From positions 1-25,228 of the forward strand of contig CBFGKC010000022.1 of the NCBI GenBank assembly GCA_965649265.1: 25,228 nt of DNA, given 5' to 3'. Under the pieces are notes generated by a model. The model was given only the letters and a program-made list of their open reading frames with translations, did no database searches and was not told the DNA's origin. This DNA comes from a candidate division WOR-3 bacterium. GTDB lineage: Bacteria; Hydrothermota; Tepidihabitantia; B3-TA06. The first letter of the stretch is position 1. Each line of letters starts with the position of its first letter. The position numbers and the translations under genes are program-made. Positions 1 through 9,670 of the stretch are shown here, one piece after another.

Positions 1-112
1 GTGCTTCGCACTTCTGCTCATGACCGCCATCCCGGCTATTGCAAGTCATTTGTAATGTCGGCACTCGCCTAAGTGCTCCGTACTTCTGCTCCTGACCGCC
101 ACCCCGGCTATT
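1..112 (+). repeat. Two 40-bp imperfect direct repeats (1-40, 73-112), possibly truncated by the window edge
   Basis: gtgcttcgcacttctgctcatgaccgccatcccggctatt vs gtgctccgtacttctgctcctgaccgccaccccggctatt, 36/40 identical; copy 1 starts with a GTGC-TTC-GCAC mini-hairpin. Confidence 0.85.
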
Positions 113-185
113 ACTAAATCTCCCTTTGCTCACATCTAAAGTTTATGCATTCAATCTTGAAAGTCAACATTGAAATCCCCAGGCC

Positions 186-213
186 TTGCAGAATCGTTCT
201 TGATGATTACAAT
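186..213 (+). promoter_or_regulatory. Sigma70-type promoter, probably giving a leaderless hydrolase mRNA
   Basis: TTGCAG-N16-TACAAT, then 6 nt, then ATG at 220; no SD before this ATG. Confidence 0.6.
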
Positions 214-219
214 ATTCGC

Positions 220-1191
220 ATGCTTAGAGCCATATCCAGAAGAGTCGATTCACGCACGTTCAGAGGTATCGATAACTGGCTTCTGACCAAAGGATACAAA
301 ACCGACCCGTCTACCCTTGAAAGCTTCATAATGAAATCAAAGAAGTCATCACCCAAGGATTTTTTTAATCCGGGAACAGCATCCAGATTCAGTCTCGAGA
401 GGCTTGAGACATATCCATTCAACTACTCCTTCAATTTCCGGTCGCCGCGACCTTCCGGCGACTCAACAAACGACGTTGTTTACGGGGACTTCTATCCCAA
501 TTACTCTCTTAACGCCCCTGCAACAATAATCTTCTCGGGATGGCTTGAGACGGCTACCGATTACTCTCGCCTTGCTCACCGTGTCGGGCTTTCGGGACGA
601 AATCTCTGGGTAATGGATTTGCCCTATCATGCAAGACGAACCCCTGAAGGTACAAAATCGGGTGAACTTTCTATCACCGGAGATCTCGTTCGCACGCTCG
701 AGACGATAAGGCAGGCCGTAATAGACGCGCGCGCACTCGTAAACGCCGTCAAGGCATTGGGCTCAAAAGACGTCGCGGTCGTGGGTTTCAGTCTTGGCGC
801 ATGGGTAGGCTCGCTGCTCGCACTCGTTGAACCGTCCGTCTCGAAACTAATACTTGTTACCCCCGTGGTTCGACCGGACAAGCTTTTGCTTTCCTCGCCG
901 CTTTTTTCATCCCTGCGCGAGGGGATTGATGCCGAAGGGAGTGTCAACCTGTTCGAAAGTCTCAGTCATCTTTATATCCCGGCAAGGGGAGAACCAGTGG
1001 TGGACTGCCGGGAGGTTCATCTGTTAGGCTCCCGGGACGACCCGTTAGCCCCGCCGTGGGTTGTGGATGAATTGTCGAACTCGTGGGGGTGTAACAGCAA
1101 GATTCTACCGGGAGGGCATATTACACTTTATATAACTTCAAGGCTCTGGAAGAATATCCTGTTCCTGCTTTCACCGAACGGCTCAAAATAA
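220..1191 (+). CDS. Alpha/beta-fold hydrolase (ABHD18-like)
   Basis: Nucleophile elbow GFSLG, DLPYHARR segment, candidate Asp (RDDP) and His (GGH). Start moved from 145 to 220 on promoter geometry. Confidence 0.85.
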   Translation: MLRAISRRVDSRTFRGIDNWLLTKGYKTDPSTLESFIMKSKKSSPKDFFNPGTASRFSLERLETYPFNYSFNFRSPRPSGDSTNDVVYGDFYPNYSLNAPATIIFSGWLETATDYSRLAHRVGLSGRNLWVMDLPYHARRTPEGTKSGELSITGDLVRTLETIRQAVIDARALVNAVKALGSKDVAVVGFSLGAWVGSLLALVEPSVSKLILVTPVVRPDKLLLSSPLFSSLREGIDAEGSVNLFESLSHLYIPARGEPVVDCREVHLLGSRDDPLAPPWVVDELSNSWGCNSKILPGGHITLYITSRLWKNILFLLSPNGSK

Positions 1192-1197
1192 TGAAAT

Positions 1198-1230
1198 AAA
1201 AAGGGAAGCCGCAGAGCAGCTTCCCTTTTT
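1198..1230. terminator. Bidirectional intrinsic terminator
   Basis: aaaaagggaagc-N9-gcttcccttttt between convergent genes. Confidence 0.85.
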
Positions 1231-1246
1231 ATCAATATGTTCCAGT

Positions 1247-1825
1247 CTATCCGCCGTACTGGGAAATCAAGCTCTCGATCTTTGCAAGTATCGCGGCCTG
1301 GCCAGAGGAGGTTGAGGGGTCGGCACTGAAGGAAGAGTCTATAGCCTTTACTTCGTCCAGAGCCGTCTGGAAGTCTCCGAGGGCGGCGGCTGACTTGGCT
1401 TTTGCCAGGCGGATGTCCTCAATTCTAATGTTAGAAAGATGAGAAAAGACGTAGCTTGAGTTGCTGTTGATTACCTTGTCGGCGTAGTTGATGGCATCCT
1501 GGTCGTTGTAGCCGGTTTCCGTTGCGGCAAGTGCCGCCCCGGCATCCGCGTCGATAAGGCTTGCGTCGTTGGTGAGCGCTTCTTCAAAATTGTACAGAGC
1601 GTTAGTTAGATTATCGGTAAGCAGGTCGCACCAGCCTAGGCCGTTGTATGCTTCCGCGTAAGTTGCGTCCCAGAGAACCGCATCGTCGAAGTAGTAGCGT
1701 GCCGAATCCAGATCGCCAAGATCAAAATGCGTCCAGCCCTGGTTGGTTGAATCAACTGCCCACTCGCTGCAGGCAAGGGCGATTAATGCGATGGCTGCTA
1801 TTGTGATTATTCTTACAGTTTTCAT
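1247..1825 (-). CDS. TPR-repeat lipoprotein
   Basis: MK + hydrophobic stretch + LALAC lipobox; TPR-like helices (AEAYNGLGW, ALYNFEEAL); AGGAGG SD; 9 nt downstream of the protease stop. Confidence 0.85.
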   Translation of the reverse strand: MKTVRIITIAAIALIALACSEWAVDSTNQGWTHFDLGDLDSARYYFDDAVLWDATYAEAYNGLGWCDLLTDNLTNALYNFEEALTNDASLIDADAGAALAATETGYNDQDAINYADKVINSNSSYVFSHLSNIRIEDIRLAKAKSAAALGDFQTALDEVKAIDSSFSADPSTSSGQAAILAKIESLISQYGG

Positions 1826-1834
1826 CGATACCTC

Positions 1835-4126
1835 CTAGCGCAGACGCAGTATTTTGAGGTTTTTACTCATGTCAGGTGATTCGAGCCTTACGAAGTATAC
1901 GCCGGGATTGCACCTGCGACCCTCTGCATCCCTGCCGTCCCATGATACGTCGTGAACGCCAAGGGCAATTTGACCCTCAATGAGGGTAGTTACTTTTCGG
2001 CCGGCTGCGTCGAATACCGCGAGTGAAAGAGGGGAGACTTTGTTGACGCTCAATCTCAGTTTCGTCTCGGTGCTCGAAAGCAACTCGATTGCCAGAGCCT
2101 TTGGCAGTTCAGGTGTTCTGGCATCAGGATCGCTTGCAAGCTGGAATATTCCGAGCCTTCCTGGATTCGCGACAATCTCCTTGTGATCCGGGTCAACCAG
2201 GCACGGTACGCGTGCCCAGGTTCCGTTCTCGAAGCGCAAGATAACCAGGGTCGAATTGTCCGTTCCGGAGAGGTCGTACCCTGCGTAAGAGAATGCGAGC
2301 GTCGCATTCGACGATAATGTCGAGGCAGGTCCAACGCGGCAAGCGTCACCGAAGGGTTTTACGTTCTCTGGTTTAGGTATCGCGTGCGGGCTTGAGAGTG
2401 CGCCTTGCTCAGTTTTTTCCGGTATAAGGGTAAAATAAGTCTCTTTTGAAACGGCACCTTCAGGAATCGTAAGGCGAACCCTGGAATCCGGGGACGAAAG
2501 AGTTCCACCCATTGCAGTAATGCTCGTAACCGTGAATGTCCTCGACTTGGTGTTGCTGCCTGCGGTGACATCAATCGTTGCGGTGCCGCTCTCTGTGAAG
2601 GTATAGTCACCCATATAGGCTTCTGAGCCGGAGACGGAATACATGACAACCGATTCCTCGTAACCGTTAAGAGTAACGATTACATCCGGGGCGCTCGTTA
2701 GGGTGCCGGAGGTGGGTACGACCCATATGTCCACGTACTGGGAGAGGAGGGGGTTCTGAAGGATGGGAACGGCGATGCTGGATGTGTCAGTGCTGCCGCC
2801 GTAATCAAGTGCCGCAACGGGATCAATCGCGCCGTAGCCGTAATAGGTGTCGTAACCTGACGCGCCCAAATCAACTGCCGTCGAATAAATGGCGTTCTTG
2901 ACGTTCTGGACCCCGGTTATGCCGTGGCTTATGAGGAGGGCTGCAAGACCGGCGACGTGGGGGGTTGCCATCGATGTGCCCTGGTAGAACATATAGGCAA
3001 AACTGTCCACCTGGGCGCCGTACGTCCCGTCGCCGCCTATCGCGTACGTGCACTGTAGAATGCCATCTACATAACCGTCGTAGTTTTCATCAGCCGCTGT
3101 ATTCCCGCCTGGTGCCGAAATGTCGAGGCCAGGTCCCCATTGCGAATACGGGGAAAGGTCGTCATTGTAATCTAGAGCCGCAACGCCTATGCACTCCTCA
3201 AATCCGCCCGGATAGCTTAGCTCGCCGACGGCCTGGTTGCCGGCCGCGGCTACCACCACGACGCCTTTGTTTGTTGCATAGATGACAGCGTCGTGCTCTA
3301 CCTGTGACTGTGCCCCGGGTTCGCCGCCGAGACTCAAATTGATGACGTAGGCACCGTTATCTGCGGCCCACATTATTCCATCGGCTATCACGTCGGCCGG
3401 CCCGCTGCCCGTATAGTCAAGAACCTGTACGGGCATGAGTTTACAGTCAGGTGCCATACCTGCAACTCCGATGCCGTTGTTGGTCGCCTGCGCAACCGTG
3501 CCCGCGACGTGGGTTCCGTGGCTGTACTGGTCGTTGGGATGGGAATCATTGTGTATGAAGTCGTAGCCGGCAACGAACTGGCTTGAGTTGAGATCAGGTG
3601 CCTTATGATAGTAGCCGTCGAGTGATGAAACCTCGGCTGCCTCGTAAGATGGAATTGCATAATCCTCGTAGGCTATGCCTGTATCAACTATCGCGACTAT
3701 TACGCCTGATGAACCGCGTTCCTTGTCCCAGGCAGCAGGCATGTTTAAATGACCTGAATCCATTTCCCACTGGTATGAGTAAAAAGGATCGTTTGGTGTC
3801 CAGAACACGTGGTTTATCAACGCCGGTTCAGCATAGAGCACGTCCGGCCGCGACTCGTAGTACTCAAGCGCTTCTTTTACGCTGCGGCCCTGGGGGAGCG
3901 CGAGCGTCAGGGCGTTTAGCTGGCTGAGCCTGCGAACCTCCGTCTCGCCGTTCGACGAAAGGACCGACCTTGTCTCATCAAGATTGACACCGTCCTTGAA
4001 GCGGACGATTATTTTCCCCTGAACATAAAGTTCGGGATTCGTAAGGTCAACCTTGGACCAATCGGTAGCCGCCCCAAGGAGCCATGGTGCGGCCGTTAAG
4101 ATAAAACTCACGACAAATTTTTTCAA
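1835..4126 (-). CDS. Secreted S8 subtilisin-family serine protease with prodomain, ZU5-like segment and C-terminal FlgD-Ig/T9SS-like domain
   Basis: Triad motifs IVAIVDTG, HGTHVAG, GTSMATPHVAG; AAAGN oxyanion motif; C-terminal DAAGRKV...WDGRD...GVYFVRL. TTG start at 4126 follows AGGAGG and gives signal peptide MKKFVVSFILTAAPWLLGA. Confidence 0.93.
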   Translation of the reverse strand: MKKFVVSFILTAAPWLLGAATDWSKVDLTNPELYVQGKIIVRFKDGVNLDETRSVLSSNGETEVRRLSQLNALTLALPQGRSVKEALEYYESRPDVLYAEPALINHVFWTPNDPFYSYQWEMDSGHLNMPAAWDKERGSSGVIVAIVDTGIAYEDYAIPSYEAAEVSSLDGYYHKAPDLNSSQFVAGYDFIHNDSHPNDQYSHGTHVAGTVAQATNNGIGVAGMAPDCKLMPVQVLDYTGSGPADVIADGIMWAADNGAYVINLSLGGEPGAQSQVEHDAVIYATNKGVVVVAAAGNQAVGELSYPGGFEECIGVAALDYNDDLSPYSQWGPGLDISAPGGNTAADENYDGYVDGILQCTYAIGGDGTYGAQVDSFAYMFYQGTSMATPHVAGLAALLISHGITGVQNVKNAIYSTAVDLGASGYDTYYGYGAIDPVAALDYGGSTDTSSIAVPILQNPLLSQYVDIWVVPTSGTLTSAPDVIVTLNGYEESVVMYSVSGSEAYMGDYTFTESGTATIDVTAGSNTKSRTFTVTSITAMGGTLSSPDSRVRLTIPEGAVSKETYFTLIPEKTEQGALSSPHAIPKPENVKPFGDACRVGPASTLSSNATLAFSYAGYDLSGTDNSTLVILRFENGTWARVPCLVDPDHKEIVANPGRLGIFQLASDPDARTPELPKALAIELLSSTETKLRLSVNKVSPLSLAVFDAAGRKVTTLIEGQIALGVHDVSWDGRDAEGRRCNPGVYFVRLESPDMSKNLKILRLR

Positions 4127-4157
4127 GTGTCCTCCTGAGTTTGTTTCTTTTGATATC

Positions 4158-4186
4158 ATCTTAATACCGAAAGTGGCCTGTGTCAA
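4158..4186 (-). promoter_or_regulatory. Sigma70-type promoter of the protease-lipoprotein operon
   Basis: TTGACA-N17-TAAGAT on the minus strand; supports the start at 4126. Confidence 0.65.
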
Positions 4187-4286
4187 GTCCGCTCCTGAAG
4201 CGATCGATATAACATGGTTTATAGCTTTCCGCAGTCGGAGGGGTCCACGGAGGATCGCATTCACGCTTATATGGATTTACGGCACA

Positions 4287-4314
4287 TTGACTTTTGAATC
4301 ATTGCGGCTAGACT
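4287..4314 (+). promoter_or_regulatory. Sigma70-type promoter of rocD
   Basis: TTGACT-N16-TAGACT, AAGGAG SD downstream. Confidence 0.65.
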
Positions 4315-4354
4315 TATATTAAAATTCACGTTCTTCCTCAACAAAGGAGTCAAG

Positions 4355-5554
4355 ATGCCGAAGTCAGCAGATATATTAAAACAGACAGAGCGCTACAGCG
4401 CAAATAATTATCACCCTTTGGATGTGGTGCTTTCCAAGGGTAAGGGCGTATGGGTCTGGGACGTCGATGGTAAGAAATACATGGATATGCTGGCCGCCTA
4501 CTCGGCCGTCAACCAGGGCCACCTCCATCCCAAGGTCACAAAGGCCGTGAAGGATCAGCTGGGCCGAATCACCCTGACATCCCGTGCCTTCCACAACGAC
4601 CGCATGGGCGAGTTTCTGGAAAAGCTGTGCAAGGTTGCCGGGAAACAGAAGGCGCTTCCGATGAACACGGGCGCCGAGGCTGTCGAGACCGCCATCAAGG
4701 CCGCCCGGAAGTGGGGATACAAAGTCAAGAAGGTCCAAAAGGACAAGGCCGAAATCATCACCTGCGAGGGGAACTTCCACGGACGCACGACAACCATCGT
4801 TGGATTCTCCACCGAGGATCAATATCAGGACGGTTTTGGCCCCTTCACCCCTGGCTTCGTCACGGTTCCGTACGGCGACATCAAAGCTCTCAAGAAGGCC
4901 ATCAACAAGAACACGGTCGCATTCATGGTCGAACCAATCCAGGGTGAAGGCGGAGTCATAGTACCCCCTCCGGGTTATCTCAAGGAAGCCTTCGAGCTCT
5001 GCAAGGCCTCGAACGTCCTCTTCATCGCAGACGAAATCCAGACTGGCTTCGGCCGCACAGGAAAGATGTTCTGCACCCAGCACGATGGTATCAACCCCGA
5101 CATCATTATCGTCGGCAAAGCCCTTGGCGGCGGAATATACCCCGTATCCGGAATACTCGCGGACGATGCCATAATGCAGGTGTTCAATCCCGGTGATCAT
5201 GGTTCCACATTCGGCGGCAACCCGCTGGCGTCTGCGGTAGCCGTTGCGGCGCTCGACGTACTTGTCGGTGAAAAGCTTCCCGAGCGGTCTAATGAGCTGG
5301 GTGAATACTTCATGAGCGAGTTAAGAAAGATCAACTCTCCCAACGTCGAAGAGGTACGCGGCAAGGGGCTCCTCATAGGAGTCGTCATAAAAAAGAGTTC
5401 GGGTCCCGCGCGTCCTTTCTGCGAGAAGCTGCGTGACCTAGGGATTCTCGCGAAGGAGACCCATCATCAGGTCATTCGCTTTGCGCCCCCCCTCGTAATA
5501 TCCAGGAAAGAGATAGACTGGGCGCTTGAAAGAATCAAGCAGGTTCTTGCATAA
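4355..5554 (+). CDS. rocD: Ornithine--oxo-acid aminotransferase (class III PLP enzyme)
   Basis: NYHPL, YSAVNQGH, LTSRAFHN, PMNTGAEAVETA, FHGRT, EPIQGEGG, DEIQTG, GKALGGG, HGSTFGGNPL, IRFAPPL. Confidence 0.95.
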   Translation: MPKSADILKQTERYSANNYHPLDVVLSKGKGVWVWDVDGKKYMDMLAAYSAVNQGHLHPKVTKAVKDQLGRITLTSRAFHNDRMGEFLEKLCKVAGKQKALPMNTGAEAVETAIKAARKWGYKVKKVQKDKAEIITCEGNFHGRTTTIVGFSTEDQYQDGFGPFTPGFVTVPYGDIKALKKAINKNTVAFMVEPIQGEGGVIVPPPGYLKEAFELCKASNVLFIADEIQTGFGRTGKMFCTQHDGINPDIIIVGKALGGGIYPVSGILADDAIMQVFNPGDHGSTFGGNPLASAVAVAALDVLVGEKLPERSNELGEYFMSELRKINSPNVEEVRGKGLLIGVVIKKSSGPARPFCEKLRDLGILAKETHHQVIRFAPPLVISRKEIDWALERIKQVLA

Positions 5555-5579
5555 TCGCTACATGACCAAAGAAGAGTGA

Positions 5580-5611
5580 ATGAAGGCCGGCTGCCCGGCC
5601 TTCATCATTTT
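5580..5611 (+). terminator. Intrinsic terminator after rocD
   Basis: atgaaggccgg-ctgc-ccggccttcat followed by catttt. Confidence 0.75.
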
Positions 5612-5667
5612 ATCAGAATATCCCCGGCAGGGTATGCTCTTTGAGTCAGAAATGATTAAAATATCGC

Positions 5668-6246
5668 TTAAGAGTCCCAGCTTACATTCCAGGAGCAGTA
5701 TTCGTCTCCTCTGTAAACGCAGCTTTCTTCTTTAATCTCAAGATTCTTTACGCCGGTCTTAGTGAAAACAACTTCGAAGTACCCTTCCAGAATCCGGCAG
5801 CCAGGCACGCCCTCGTTGAAATTCCGGGCAATCAATTTCACGTTAACGTGTCCTTCTTTTTCAAAAAGATCTTTTATCTCGAGAATCGAGCCTTTAAAGT
5901 AATGTTTCCAGAAGGACTGTGCCCTTTTGAGCACCTGAACGCCCGAGGCAAGCCTCAACAAGTATCTCAACGGCCCGCTCGTGGCCCTGGTCGCGTCGTA
6001 GCGGCCGTACTCCCGAAAGAAGTAAGGATCCCCCTTTCCGAAGGTCTCATCTATTTTTTCAAAAAGCTCCCTTAATAGGATTTGCGAGTACCATTGATTC
6101 GGATTCGGGTTCTCGAACATCTCCCGGGTTTCCGGGCTTAACTGAGCGGCGATTTTCAGAAAGGCTTCTTCGCCGAATCTTTCAATCAACCACTTCCTGG
6201 TCAAGGCAGATGTTGTGCCCTTCTCGAAAGCCTCCTTGGTGGTCAT
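5668..6246 (-). CDS. H-NOX-like/V4R-domain protein, array copy 1
   Basis: W-x4-FG, WY, FWKHYF, C-x4-GY, CVYRGDEYCSW; AGGAGG SD. Confidence 0.85.
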   Translation of the reverse strand: MTTKEAFEKGTTSALTRKWLIERFGEEAFLKIAAQLSPETREMFENPNPNQWYSQILLRELFEKIDETFGKGDPYFFREYGRYDATRATSGPLRYLLRLASGVQVLKRAQSFWKHYFKGSILEIKDLFEKEGHVNVKLIARNFNEGVPGCRILEGYFEVVFTKTGVKNLEIKEESCVYRGDEYCSWNVSWDS

Positions 6247-6339
6247 ATTTCCTCCTATCTCTGCCTGTTTCAGGCAGATAGGTTCATGAAACGACCTCTT
6301 CGCCAGGGTTCGTCTCCTGCTTTTCTGTTATCTTATAAG

Positions 6340-6918
6340 TTACGCATCCCAACTGACTTCCCAGGAACAGACACCGTCGCCCTTGTGAATGCAACCCATC
6401 TTTGCAACGGTGACGTTCTTTGCGCCCGATCGCTGGGCGATAACGGTCAGGTAGCCTTCAGGACTCAGGCAGGCCGCTTCGCCCGCGTCGTAACCGTGGA
6501 AGTAGATGATCCGTTTCTTCCGGCCTGCTTCCTCCGCAAGGTCGCTCGCCGTTATTTTTCCGCCCTTGTGATAGTGCTTCCAGAAAGCTTTCATCCTTTT
6601 AATTACAGTGTCCATGTCGATAAACTTCATGAGGAACTTGAGGAGTCCTGATGAACTCTGCTCGGCGGAGAATCGTCCATAATCCACCAGCGCACGGGGA
6701 TCCTTATCCTTGAATACATCGTATATGGCGGTGTAGAGTTCCCCGATCAATTCGACGGGGTACCATTCGCTCACGACAGGTGAAGAAAACATCTCGCGGG
6801 CAGCCGGGGAAAGCTTCTCCTGTATCCTTTCCATCTCCTCCGGACTTGCGCGCTGCTTTAGCCAGTCCCTGATTTGAAACACCTCTACTCCCTTATCGTG
6901 AGTGACTGTATCTTCCAT
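6340..6918 (-). CDS. H-NOX-like/V4R-domain protein, array copy 2
   Basis: WYP, FWKHYHKGG, CLSPEGY, CIHKGDGVCSW; AAGGAGG SD. Confidence 0.85.
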   Translation of the reverse strand: MEDTVTHDKGVEVFQIRDWLKQRASPEEMERIQEKLSPAAREMFSSPVVSEWYPVELIGELYTAIYDVFKDKDPRALVDYGRFSAEQSSSGLLKFLMKFIDMDTVIKRMKAFWKHYHKGGKITASDLAEEAGRKKRIIYFHGYDAGEAACLSPEGYLTVIAQRSGAKNVTVAKMGCIHKGDGVCSWEVSWDA

Positions 6919-6931
6919 AATTCTTCCTCCT

Positions 6932-7513
6932 TCATTTATCCTTCCAGCTTACCTCCCATGAGCAAACGTTGTCACCCTTGTTGACGCACGCTTTCTTCGC
7001 GACTTTTATGTCATGGACACCGGTCCGAGCTATCAGGTGTTCTATGTATCCTTCGAGTACCCTGCAGCCGGATGAACCTATCCTTGAACCGCGGATGAAA
7101 ACCGTCGATTTCTTGCGATCCCCTTCCTCGATGACAGGGCCTGTATCTATCCCTCCTCCCCTGTTAAAGCTTTTCCAGAAGGCTTTTGCTCGATTAAAGA
7201 GCTGCTGGACGGTAAGAAATCGAGCCAGGTATCGCAGAAAACCCTTGACGCTTTGCTCGACTTCGAATCTCCCGAACTCCTCCAGGACTAGAGGGTTGGC
7301 ACGACCTAACTCCTGATCTATCGCCTCATATACCTCCCGGGTTAAAGAAACTACATACCACTCATTGGGATCAGGGTCCCGGAGCATCTGACAGGCTTCT
7401 GGGCTTATTTTTTCGCATATTTTACTAAAAGTCTCCTCTCCGAAGCGTTCCAGAAGCCACTTTTTCGCCAAAGCCGCATTCACTCCACGTATGTGGGTGG
7501 ATATATCTTCCAT
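6932..7513 (-). CDS. H-NOX-like/V4R-domain protein, array copy 3
   Basis: WLLERFG, WY, FWKSFNRGG, CRVLEGY, CVNKGDNVCSW; AAGGAG SD. Confidence 0.85.
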   Translation of the reverse strand: MEDISTHIRGVNAALAKKWLLERFGEETFSKICEKISPEACQMLRDPDPNEWYVVSLTREVYEAIDQELGRANPLVLEEFGRFEVEQSVKGFLRYLARFLTVQQLFNRAKAFWKSFNRGGGIDTGPVIEEGDRKKSTVFIRGSRIGSSGCRVLEGYIEHLIARTGVHDIKVAKKACVNKGDNVCSWEVSWKDK

Positions 7514-7525
7514 ATTATTTCTCCT

Positions 7526-8110
7526 TCATTTGCTCTTCCAGCTGACCTCCCAAGAGCAAACATCGTTACCCTTATGGACGCACGTCTTTTTCTTGACCAC
7601 TATATCATGAACACCGGCCTGGGAGACCAGCACTCCGAGATAACCCTCCAGCACCTTGCAGCCTGGTGCCCCTATACCCGATGTGCCGCTGACGTATACG
7701 GTGGTCTGTTCGCGTCCTTCATTTTCGGTTATTTCGTCGGATCGAATACCTCCTCCCTTGTTGTAGGTTTTCCAGAAAGCCCCTGCGCGCTTGAAGAGCT
7801 GCTGAACGGTAAGAAATCTGGTCAAGTATCGAAGAAAGCCCCTGATACTGCGTTCTGCCGAAAACTTTCCGAAATCGATGAGTGCATCAGGATGTTTGGG
7901 GCCGAGTTGCTTATCAATAACCTTGTAGATTTCCTGGGTCAGAGAGGATGCATACCACTTGTCCGAAACAGGGTTTAGCAGCAGATCACGGGCTTCGGGA
8001 TCTATTTTATCGCTTATTTGATTCAGGGTCTCTTCTCCGAAGCTTTCAAGAAGCCATTTTTTGAGAAAAACGGCGTTTACTCCTCTCATATGGGTTGTTG
8101 CGTCTTCCAT
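7526..8110 (-). CDS. H-NOX-like/V4R-domain protein, array copy 4
   Basis: WLLESFG, FWKTYNKGG, CKVLEGY, CVHKGNDVCSW; AAGGAGG SD. Confidence 0.85.
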   Translation of the reverse strand: MEDATTHMRGVNAVFLKKWLLESFGEETLNQISDKIDPEARDLLLNPVSDKWYASSLTQEIYKVIDKQLGPKHPDALIDFGKFSAERSIRGFLRYLTRFLTVQQLFKRAGAFWKTYNKGGGIRSDEITENEGREQTTVYVSGTSGIGAPGCKVLEGYLGVLVSQAGVHDIVVKKKTCVHKGNDVCSWEVSWKSK

Positions 8111-8310
8111 GCCTGTTAGTCCTCCTTAAAACACTTAAAATTCTTGTCCAAGACAAAACTTTCTAAATGGCGATTTTTTCTCTCTTAATAATTGTAAAAC
8201 CTCCTGTTGTTGATTAAATTATTTATAAGTAATTCTGGTTGTTAATTCTGATTTTACACCTCGACTTATCGCTGAATCATTGTGCACTAATAATGCGATC
8301 ATCTTAGTAA

Positions 8311-8889
8311 TCACTTTTTCCAACTTGCCTCCCATGAACATGCCCGATCTCCGCGGTGGATGCATGTCTTCTCCGTAACTTTCACGTCCTTAACATTAGC
8401 CATCGGGATAAGACCTTCAAGATATCCGGTTATGACCTGGCATCCAGGTATGCCCAGATCGTATCCGCTTACCATGACCGTAATGGTTCGGGAATTCCCT
8501 TCCTCCTCGACCTTACCAGCGCTTATGCTCCCTCCCTGGTGATACTGTTTCCAGAAGGCACCCATCCGTTTCGTCAACTGTTCTATGGTCAAGAGCCGGG
8601 CAAGGTACCTGAGGAATCCTTTCAGACTCCTCTCTGCTGCAAACCGCCCGTACTCAATTAGAATGCCTGGATGGTCCTTTTCGTAAAGGTTATAAATGCT
8701 ATCAAAGACCTCCCTTACTTGGGAGACCGGATACCACCTGTTGAGGACCGGGTCCTCAAGCATTGCCTTAGACTCTGCCCCAATCCTACCCATCACGCTC
8801 CTCAGACCGTCGAGTCCGAATCGTTCCATGAGCCAGCTTCTTAAAAGGAATGCGTTTATACCGCGTTCGAACGTAACCTGTTCGGGCAT
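8311..8889 (-). CDS. H-NOX-like/V4R-domain protein, array copy 5 (leaderless)
   Basis: WLMERFG, WYP, FWKQYHQGG, CQVITGY, CIHRGDRACSW; no SD. Confidence 0.85.
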   Translation of the reverse strand: MPEQVTFERGINAFLLRSWLMERFGLDGLRSVMGRIGAESKAMLEDPVLNRWYPVSQVREVFDSIYNLYEKDHPGILIEYGRFAAERSLKGFLRYLARLLTIEQLTKRMGAFWKQYHQGGSISAGKVEEEGNSRTITVMVSGYDLGIPGCQVITGYLEGLIPMANVKDVKVTEKTCIHRGDRACSWEASWKK

Positions 8890-8895
8890 GAGTTA

Positions 8896-8923
8896 ATAAT
8901 AGGATGAACAAAGGCTGCGTCAA
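8896..8923 (-). promoter_or_regulatory. Leaderless promoter of copy 5
   Basis: TTGACG-N16-TATTAT-N6-ATG. Confidence 0.75.
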
Positions 8924-9031
8924 TGTCCGGATAGAAGTGTCGCATTGAATGCATTCAAATCTCATCGGAACAATAACTTCTGAGGCCATCTTCAGTTCGC
9001 TCCTCCTTTCAGAAGCACTTCTAATCGAGGT

Positions 9032-9607
9032 TTATTCCCAGCTTAATTCCCAGGAACAGCACGAGTCTCCATGATGGATACAACTCTTCTTTTTAACTTC
9101 GATTCTTTTTGCCCCGGCCCGTTCGGCAATGGCTTCGAAATAACCCTCCTGAATAAGACAGCCTGGCTCTCCCGGATCGTAACCATGAATTGATATCAAA
9201 CGTCTTTTACGCCCTGATTGCTCTACGAGTTCGCCGGCGACAATCTCGCCACCTTTGTGGTAGTGCTTCCAGAAGGTGTTCATGCGTTTGATTATTGTAT
9301 CCATGTCGATGAATTTCATCAGATAGCGCAAAAGTCCTGTGGCGCTGCGTTCGGCAGCAAACCTGCCGTGGTCGCGCAGGGCTTTCGGATCCTCGGCTTC
9401 GAACTCCTTGTAGATAACCGAGTATAATTCCTTCATAAGAGAGATTGGATACCAGTGGTTTGACGAGGTATTCTCGAGCATGTCCCGGGCATCGGGCGAG
9501 AGCTTTCCCAGTACCGTCTTTAACCTTTCTTCTCCGAAGCGGAGTTTCAACCACGATTTTACCAGGCCGGCGGTTACGCCTCTGTCATGTGTTACGATGT
9601 TTTCCAT
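9032..9607 (-). CDS. H-NOX-like/V4R-domain protein, array copy 6
   Basis: WYP, FWKHYHKGG, CLIQEGY, CIHHGDSCCSW; GGGAGG SD. Confidence 0.85.
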   Translation of the reverse strand: MENIVTHDRGVTAGLVKSWLKLRFGEERLKTVLGKLSPDARDMLENTSSNHWYPISLMKELYSVIYKEFEAEDPKALRDHGRFAAERSATGLLRYLMKFIDMDTIIKRMNTFWKHYHKGGEIVAGELVEQSGRKRRLISIHGYDPGEPGCLIQEGYFEAIAERAGAKRIEVKKKSCIHHGDSCCSWELSWE

Positions 9608-9670
9608 TCTTTATATTCCTCCCATCGGCACGAAGCCGGTACGGGTTACAAGTGATTCTTAAATTTGCAG

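Noticed and set aside
4127-4264. Extra 46 N-terminal residues on the protease in the ORF track
   Set aside because: SD, signal peptide and promoter all point to TTG 4126
4376-5200. 274-aa antisense ORF
   Set aside because: Shadow of rocD on the opposite strand; no motifs
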